DNA from: Acidimicrobiia bacterium
GTDB lineage: Bacteria > Actinomycetota > Acidimicrobiia > Acidimicrobiales > Bin134
NCBI GenBank assembly: GCA_022827725.1
Contig: JAJEIJ010000005.1
Coordinates: 462 to 64,461 of the forward strand
Direction of reading: 5' to 3'
Length of the DNA stretch: 64,000 nucleotides
Shown here one piece after another: positions 58,632 to 64,000 of this stretch (positions within the stretch are counted from its first letter, which is position 1; each line of letters opens with the position of its first letter). The translations under genes and the position numbers were made by a program. Under the pieces are notes generated by a model. It saw only the letters and a list, made by a program, of their open reading frames with translations, searched no databases and was not told the DNA's origin.

Positions 58632-59948
58632 ATGGCGGCCATCGTCCCCGTACAGTTCGGGGTGAGCATGAGCCTGACGGTGATCGCGGTGGCCGTTGGC
58701 GACATCGCCCGAGACCTGAACACAGGAACCGGGGCCGCCAGCTGGACGGTGACCGGGGCCATCTTGGCCTCGGCGGTGTCCACGTCTTTGGGCGGCAAGT
58801 TTGGCGACATCTACGGCCACCGCCGGGCGTTTCTCGCCGCCGCGGTGATGCTGGTGGTGGTGACCCCGCTCAGCGGGCTGGCCTGGAACATCGAGAGCCT
58901 CATCGGGTTCCGGGTGGCGGCCGGGGTGGCCAACGGGGTGGCCACCGCCGCGGGCACCGCCATGGTGCTTTTGGCGTTCCCCATCTCCACCCGCTCGAGG
59001 GCCATCGGCTGGTACCAGTCGGCGTTGTCGGGGGCGCCGGCCATCGGGCTGATCGTGGGCGGGCAGATCGTGGAGCAGTTCGGCTGGCGGTGGGTGTTCG
59101 CCTTCTTCGGGGTGATCGCCGTGGTCGGCCTGGTAACCAGCGCCACGGTGGTGCGGCCCATGGGCGGCGGCCTGGAGGTGTCCATCGACTACTGGGGCGG
59201 CCTCACGCTGTCGGCCGGGGTGGCGCTGGTGCTGGTGGGGCTCACGATGTTGGGCAACGACGGGGTGGGCACCTCGGTGAGCATCGTCCTCATGGCCGGC
59301 GGGGTGGTGCTTCTGGCCGCGTTCGCCCGCATCGAACAGAGCGTGCCCGAGCCCATCATCAGCATGGACTACCTGCGAAAGCGCAACTTCAGCATCCCCA
59401 TCTGGGTGGTGACCCTGGCCAACTTCTCGTTCATGGGCGGCCTGGTGATCACCCCGTTCCTGTTCACCGAGCGGCTGGGCTGGGGCCTCGGGGCGGCCAC
59501 GCTGCTGTTGGCGGTGCGGCCGATCACGTTCAGCTCGTGCGCCTTCGCCGGCGGCTACATCCACCCCCGCCTTGGGGCCCGGATGACCCCGGTGGTGGGA
59601 TCGTCGCTTTTGGCGGTGGGCATGGTGTTCTTCGCCCTGTCGGCCTGGCAGGCGTCGCTGGGCTGGACGGTGGCGGGGCTGTTCGTAGTGGCCATCGGCC
59701 ACGGCATCCAGCTCCCGTCGCTCACCACCACCGCCTCCGACGCCGTGGAGCCCGAGGACTACGGCGTGGCCTCCGGCATGCGGGGCACCCTCACCCAAGT
59801 GGGCGTAACCACCGGCATGCAGACCATGGTCATCGTGATCGGCACCGACATCACCGGCACCTCCCTAGCCAACTCCTACCTCCTAGGCGCCGGAGCCGCA
59901 GTATTGGCAGTAGCCCTATCCCTAGCCATCTCCCCCCGACCCCACTAG
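58632..59948 (+). CDS. MFS transporter (DHA2-like)
   Basis: GKFGDIYGHRR, GWRWVF, many TM helices. The frame is open upstream to CTG at 58584. Confidence 0.85.
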   Translation: MAAIVPVQFGVSMSLTVIAVAVGDIARDLNTGTGAASWTVTGAILASAVSTSLGGKFGDIYGHRRAFLAAAVMLVVVTPLSGLAWNIESLIGFRVAAGVANGVATAAGTAMVLLAFPISTRSRAIGWYQSALSGAPAIGLIVGGQIVEQFGWRWVFAFFGVIAVVGLVTSATVVRPMGGGLEVSIDYWGGLTLSAGVALVLVGLTMLGNDGVGTSVSIVLMAGGVVLLAAFARIEQSVPEPIISMDYLRKRNFSIPIWVVTLANFSFMGGLVITPFLFTERLGWGLGAATLLLAVRPITFSSCAFAGGYIHPRLGARMTPVVGSSLLAVGMVFFALSAWQASLGWTVAGLFVVAIGHGIQLPSLTTTASDAVEPEDYGVASGMRGTLTQVGVTTGMQTMVIVIGTDITGTSLANSYLLGAGAAVLAVALSLAISPRPH

Positions 59949-60390
59949 TAGCAGACTGGTCGGAACAGGTCGGGAAGATTCGTGCGGTAACTGTAGAAAA
60001 TTGACTGAAATGCGCTTCCAACCCGCAGTTTGTGGGACTTTCAACCCGCAGAATGTGGAGCGGGTTCAACTCAAGGCGATGTCGACAGGGCAGGTGGAGA
60101 GGATAAGGCCCTGGGGGGTGGCGGCTTGAGCTCCAGCTCACCACCCCCCCGGCCAGCAATGCCCAAGGTCGCTTCACCGAAATCGGGAGAGGCTAGCAAG
60201 GGCGTACGCCGTGCAGATTAGTACGAGTCACTGGCGATGCGGCGCGCAATACTGGTCTGTACGTTGATCGGCGAAGTTGCCCTGGAGGTTTGCGTTGTCT
60301 CTTATGTCGGTGTTGCGGTCGCCAATAGCAGCGCTGTCGAGCCGCCGCAGGCGTCGGGCAGCCCAGTCGGCTGTAGAGCCAAATTCACCG

Positions 60391-60477
60391 GATCCTGATG
60401 GCGACCTCGCCGCTGGCCGGTTCAGCCGGCACATGAATTCCGAGGACTTCCTCGACTCCCTCAAAGACCGCGCCTGA
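60391..60477 (+). pseudogene. Possible C-terminal fragment of an AbrB-type antitoxin
   Basis: DGDLAAGRFSRHMNSEDFLDSL resembles the AD-L-AAGR...EEFL-SL tail of such antitoxins. No credible N-terminal part. Confidence 0.35.
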
Positions 60478-60564
60478 ACCCCACACTGGAAGTGGCACCA
60501 CCAGCCCAGGTTTGCCTGTCTCCAACGTCCCGCCAGCCGGTAATTTTGCAATGGGAGGTGTGAG

Positions 60565-60786
60565 GTGGACAGACGCTTTACCGCGACAGTCAGTAGCGAG
60601 GGCGATGGCTACGTCGCGTTCTGCCCGAAGGTCGATGTCGCAAGCCAGGGAGAGACGGTCGCCGAGGCACGAGACAACCTTGTCGAAGCCCTTACGCTGT
60701 TCTTTGAGAGCGCAAATGAGGATGAGGTCGAGCGGCGGCTGCGCCAGGAGATCTATGTGACCCAAATTGAGATCGGGGTTGGTTAG
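60565..60786 (+). CDS. hicB: Short HicB-family antitoxin (no hicA)
   Basis: EGDGYVAFCPKVDVASQGETVAEARDNLVEALTLFFE. RBS GGAGG. Confidence 0.85.
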   Translation: MDRRFTATVSSEGDGYVAFCPKVDVASQGETVAEARDNLVEALTLFFESANEDEVERRLRQEIYVTQIEIGVG

Positions 60787-60811
60787 CTGACGCGGTATAT
60801 TGACGGCACCC

Positions 60812-60842
60812 ACCCGGCTCCATGAGGGCCGGGTCTTTCTTT
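60812..60842 (+). terminator. Intrinsic terminator after hicB
   Basis: ACCCGGCTC-CATGA-GGGCCGGGT stem followed by CTTTCTTT. Confidence 0.6.
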
Positions 60843-60865
60843 GAGCGTGAAACCGGGAGTGAGGA

Positions 60866-61156
60866 ATGTTGCGACGAGTTGTCCATCCTGGAGAGGTGCT
60901 GAAGGGCGAATTAGAGGAGTTTGGGATCACGCCTACCGACCTCGCCCGCCAGATCGCCGTGCCGCCCAATCGCGTGTCTCAGATCGTTGCCGGAAAGCGG
61001 TCGATCACCGGGGATACGGCGCTTCGACTCGGGCACTGGTTCGACGTTGAGCCCCAGTTCTGGATGAACCTGCAGACCCAGCACGACTTGGCGGTTGCCA
61101 GCTATGAGGTCGGCAAGGCCGTGGAAGCCCTGCCCACAGCCCCCCAAATCGCCTAA
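60866..61156 (+). CDS. higA: HigA-family antitoxin (no adjacent higB)
   Basis: VHPGEVL, LARQIAVPPNRVSQIVAGKRSITGDTALRL, FWMNLQ. Confidence 0.9.
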   Translation: MLRRVVHPGEVLKGELEEFGITPTDLARQIAVPPNRVSQIVAGKRSITGDTALRLGHWFDVEPQFWMNLQTQHDLAVASYEVGKAVEALPTAPQIA

Positions 61157-61243
61157 CTGACTTAGTCATCGACCTCCACCAGCACCGCGGTCAGGCGATA
61201 TTTCATTGTGGTTGCCCATGTGCTCGGCTACCGTGACCTCGTA

Positions 61244-61518
61244 CTTCCCCGCCTGCCCTGTTCCGCAGGGCATGGCGGGGCTATCTTTTGCACCGCATCT
61301 CTAAAGGCCCTCTTGAATTCGTTGGCATCGGTGCTGGCATCGGGTATGGTGTCACTGTTCTTCCCCGCCTGCCCTGTTCCGCAGGGCATGGCGGGGTTAT
61401 TTTTTGCCAACCCGTCCGAGTCACTTTCGTTCGTTGTCAACGAGCAAGAGATTGGGTAGGGTGGCCTCAATCTTCCCCGCTTGGCCTGCGATGCAGGGCA
61501 GGCGGGGGTTTATCTTTT
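61244..61518 (+). repeat. Three ~46-bp hairpin repeats separated by unique ~66-70-bp spacers
   Basis: Units start at 61244, 61360 and 61472: CTTCCCCGCCTGCCCTGTTCCGCAGGGCATGGCGGGG + YTATYTTTT. The first two share 37 identical bp; the third is diverged but keeps the stem. Confidence 0.9.
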
Positions 61519-61884
61519 CGGAGCCTTGTCTGACATAGGGCCCCTCCAAGGAGTGACGGCCATGGTCGGATTTGGAAACCTCTCCGTGTGGCTCTTGCAG
61601 ATAGCCTGATGACATGAGCGCCGAATCCCCGGCTAATGACCACAGCGAGGACGAATACCCCACGCCCAAAGTGCTGCCGGCAATCACAGCTAACCGAGGC
61701 CTCATTCCCGACTCATGGGGCTTCTTGAGCAGATTGCGCAAGAGGAAAGCAGAAGCTCGGCGACCTTCCTCGCCCAAGTAGTGAGTTCGTAGCCGCATAC
61801 TGCGGCTCAGGGCATCACGCCGCGGCTTCTTCTACTTGGTGGATCAGAGTTCTGACTGAATCCCAGCTAGGAGGGAGGTCGAAC

Positions 61885-62625
61885 TCAGCAGTTCACGTAC
61901 TTGAAGGGCAAGGACTCCCCTTGTTTGAAGAGGTGCCGCACGCTGGTGCCGCGGTAGTGCCCGAGCTCATCGGCAACCTCGCCGCTGAAGCCCCACCGTT
62001 TGCGGGATTTGCCGATGTCTTGTTCCCAGTCCCGGTCGCCTCGCTGTCGCTGTCGCCAGCTGTCAATCCGATACACCTCGCGGATGACTCCTCGGTTGAC
62101 GGCAAAGGCGTAGTCGGCACCATTGCGGCGGGGCCCAAGCGTCCACCAACCTTGAGTTGTCTCGTACAGTTCCTCGGCGGACATCTCTGGTGACCAGAGC
62201 CGGGGAATCCGAAACAGAATCACCCGCTCCTTGATTTCGGACACTTGGGGAGCATCAAGAATCGATATTGCGACATCAGTGGTCATTCGGCCCCGCAGCC
62301 AAACGTGATGGCCCTGGACCTTGTTGGTGAGTTCGTCCATGCCCAGCAGCTGAATTGCCGCTGCTTCGACCTCGAATGCGGTTCGGTCTGTGAGTCCAAA
62401 CCGCAGCAGCTGATGTTCGACTTCGTGGCCTGCTGCGTGAATCTCCCTGATCCGGTCCAGCTTGTCGCTCGCAGCTTCCTCGTCGCCAAGAGCATCCAGG
62501 GCGTGGGCGAACACCCGGCTTCCGTTTCCCTTGCCCACATAGAAGACCTCATCGTCGCGCGGATCGATCAACAGATAGACGTACGCCTTGAGCTGCTCGC
62601 TTACGTATGACGTGAATGCGTTCAC
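61885..62625 (-). CDS. GIY-YIG nuclease-domain protein (LEM-3-like)
   Basis: YVYLLIDPRDDEVFYVGKGNGSRVFAH, AFEVEAAAI, LTNKVQG. Confidence 0.85.
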   Translation of the reverse strand: MNAFTSYVSEQLKAYVYLLIDPRDDEVFYVGKGNGSRVFAHALDALGDEEAASDKLDRIREIHAAGHEVEHQLLRFGLTDRTAFEVEAAAIQLLGMDELTNKVQGHHVWLRGRMTTDVAISILDAPQVSEIKERVILFRIPRLWSPEMSAEELYETTQGWWTLGPRRNGADYAFAVNRGVIREVYRIDSWRQRQRGDRDWEQDIGKSRKRWGFSGEVADELGHYRGTSVRHLFKQGESLPFKYVNC

Positions 62626-62679
62626 CTACTGTGCCCCCGTTCCAAACATCCGAGATTCTTGTCTCTCACGGCACCAGGT

Positions 62680-63324
62680 CTAATGGTGACCGAGGTCGTA
62701 GGCACCATTGGCGAGCCCGGCTTCTGCGATGGTGCGAAACGTGATCGAGACGCGTCGCTGACGCTTGGTCTTTAGGCCGTTCATTGTGTCGGATTGCCGC
62801 TTGGCGATGCCATGGCGCCATTTGGAGCGGGCATCGCCGTGAAGGAGAACAAGGCTGCGCGGTTCCAGGCGCTGCACGTAATCGTCTCCGGTCGATTCGC
62901 AGCAGAAGTCCATGTTGACCGCCGAGCCCAGGCTCACGGTGGCGACGGCGGGGCCGAAGCAGTCCCTGTCGATGTGGGGGGCGATTCCCTGTCCCGGCAG
63001 GTACTCGTTGACGATCGCCTGCTCGAACGGTCGCTGAGGGTCGAGCAACCGCTTCGCTTCCTCAGATGCAGCTTCACGCACCATGTGCGACAGCTGTGCC
63101 AGCCACTTGGGCAATGGCCCAATGCGAGCCGTTTCATCAAGGCCGCGACTGGTGTAGTCGTACTTGTAGCCGAAGTGCATAACACGCCGCGACAGGTCTG
63201 TGAGCCACTCAGAGCTGTCGATATGAGCGAGCAGCCCGTCCTCCTCGGAGGCAGCCAAGAAGTCCGGGTGGTACCCGAGCCCCATCGGCACAGTGGCTGG
63301 TTCGGTCAGGACATCAAACAACAT
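62680..63324 (-). CDS. AlkB-family Fe(II)/2OG dioxygenase
   Basis: RRVMHFGYKYDY, NEYLPGQGIAPHID, WRHGI, RVSITFR. Confidence 0.88.
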   Translation of the reverse strand: MLFDVLTEPATVPMGLGYHPDFLAASEEDGLLAHIDSSEWLTDLSRRVMHFGYKYDYTSRGLDETARIGPLPKWLAQLSHMVREAASEEAKRLLDPQRPFEQAIVNEYLPGQGIAPHIDRDCFGPAVATVSLGSAVNMDFCCESTGDDYVQRLEPRSLVLLHGDARSKWRHGIAKRQSDTMNGLKTKRQRRVSITFRTIAEAGLANGAYDLGHH

Positions 63325-63404
63325 GGCCGTGACCCTACCGACACCCAATGACAGCTTGACCGGCTGTGCTTTCCGCCACGCGTGGCTGGTGACGTGGATC
63401 GAGC

Positions 63405-64000
63405 CTAAGCAGTGACACCCTCCGCCAGGGCGAGCAGTAGGTCGATCACTCGTTGGGCATCGCCTGCTGCAACAAGTTCCAGCGGCCTCTCGTAGCCAAG
63501 ATCAGGATTGGGTGAGCGCAACCAGAGACTTGCTGCGTTATCGCTCATGACCAACCGGGCCAGGTCGTCGACAGTCGGAGGCTCATGGAGCCAATCGGTG
63601 TCGTTCCAGCTCTCCATAGGGTCTTCAGTAACCGTGTGCCGTTCCCCCCACCCTTCTGTTGTTTGGACAGCGCCTGCTGCTGTCGAGGGTGGCATCGGGT
63701 CGAAGCTGAATGAATCTGCGAACCTGACCGAGTCACCGACCACATTGAAAATTGAGAGTCCGAGATTCATATTTATGGATGTGACGCTAATGCCGAAATC
63801 ATTTGTAAATTCGTCGATGATTTCTGCCTTGCTGGCAACACCGCCTCCACGTTCAATCCTCTGGGTGATCTCGGTAATGATGCCCTCGTACTCTTCCATT
63901 CCCCAGTCCCGTGGTGCTAGCCGGAATGCCTTGTCTACACGCATCAGGTTTGAGCCCCGCCAATTCTTGAGTGAACCGATAGAGCCATGGCCGATGGCTT
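63405..64000 (-). pseudogene. Chimeric ORF: unknown protein segment joined to an Xre/MbcA/ParS (DUF2384) antitoxin C-terminal domain
   Basis: C-terminus ASLWLRSPNPDLGYERPLELVAAGDAQRVIDLL. The upstream part (WGMEEYEGIITEI...) is unrelated, more AT-rich, and appears to extend to the window edge. Confidence 0.5.

Noticed and set aside
57639-59798. Long antisense ORFs (719 aa here; also 45061..46704, 2883..4304, 1455..2798 and others)
   Set aside because: Shadow frames of well-supported genes in high-GC DNA, with no recognisable motifs.
59950-60480. tmRNA, RNase P or SRP RNA
   Set aside because: No tRNA-like ends, no GAGGAAAGTCC RNase P signature, and no SRP core motif were found.
61244-61518. 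CRISPR array
   Set aside because: Only three units, ~46-bp repeats with a long GC stem and T-tail, ~66-70-bp spacers, and no cas genes in the window. Kept as an unexplained array instead.
61563-61781. Short + strand ORFs after the array (15 aa with AAGGAG RBS; 55 aa) as its cognate toxin
   Set aside because: No recognisable domain or HEPN RxxxxH motif, and too short to support.

Overview
High-GC actinobacterial chromosome window; gene content suggests Acidimicrobiia (inference). It is dominated by lipid/steroid catabolism genes (FadE30-, FadA6- and FadE27-like, several SDRs, acyl-CoA ligases, LLM oxidoreductases). There are two regulator-led catabolic operons. The first is GntR + LLM + CoxMSL-like molybdo-hydroxylase + nitrilase/DUF2848 fusion + cupin + Liv-type ABC transporter. 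The second is RpiR + KamA-like radical-SAM 2,3-aminomutase + PcaIJ-like CoA-transferase + beta-amino-acid-type aminotransferase + PcaF-like thiolase. The second is the best candidate for an undescribed system: it reads as an acidic amino acid (probably 2-aminoadipate) -> beta-amino acid -> 3-oxoadipate -> succinyl-CoA + acetyl-CoA route. Also present: tRNA-Glu(CTC) with a downstream copy of its 3' end, tRNA-Pro(TGG), carD, a UGSC selenoprotein with an in-frame UGA and SECIS-like hairpin, an ATP-grasp/alpha-E/transglutaminase operon, four intact type II TA pairs, and solitary nuclease-like genes. The accessory region at 60-64 kb holds toxin-less antitoxins and a three-unit hairpin repeat-spacer array. 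Family assignments are from motif recognition by eye; no searches were run.
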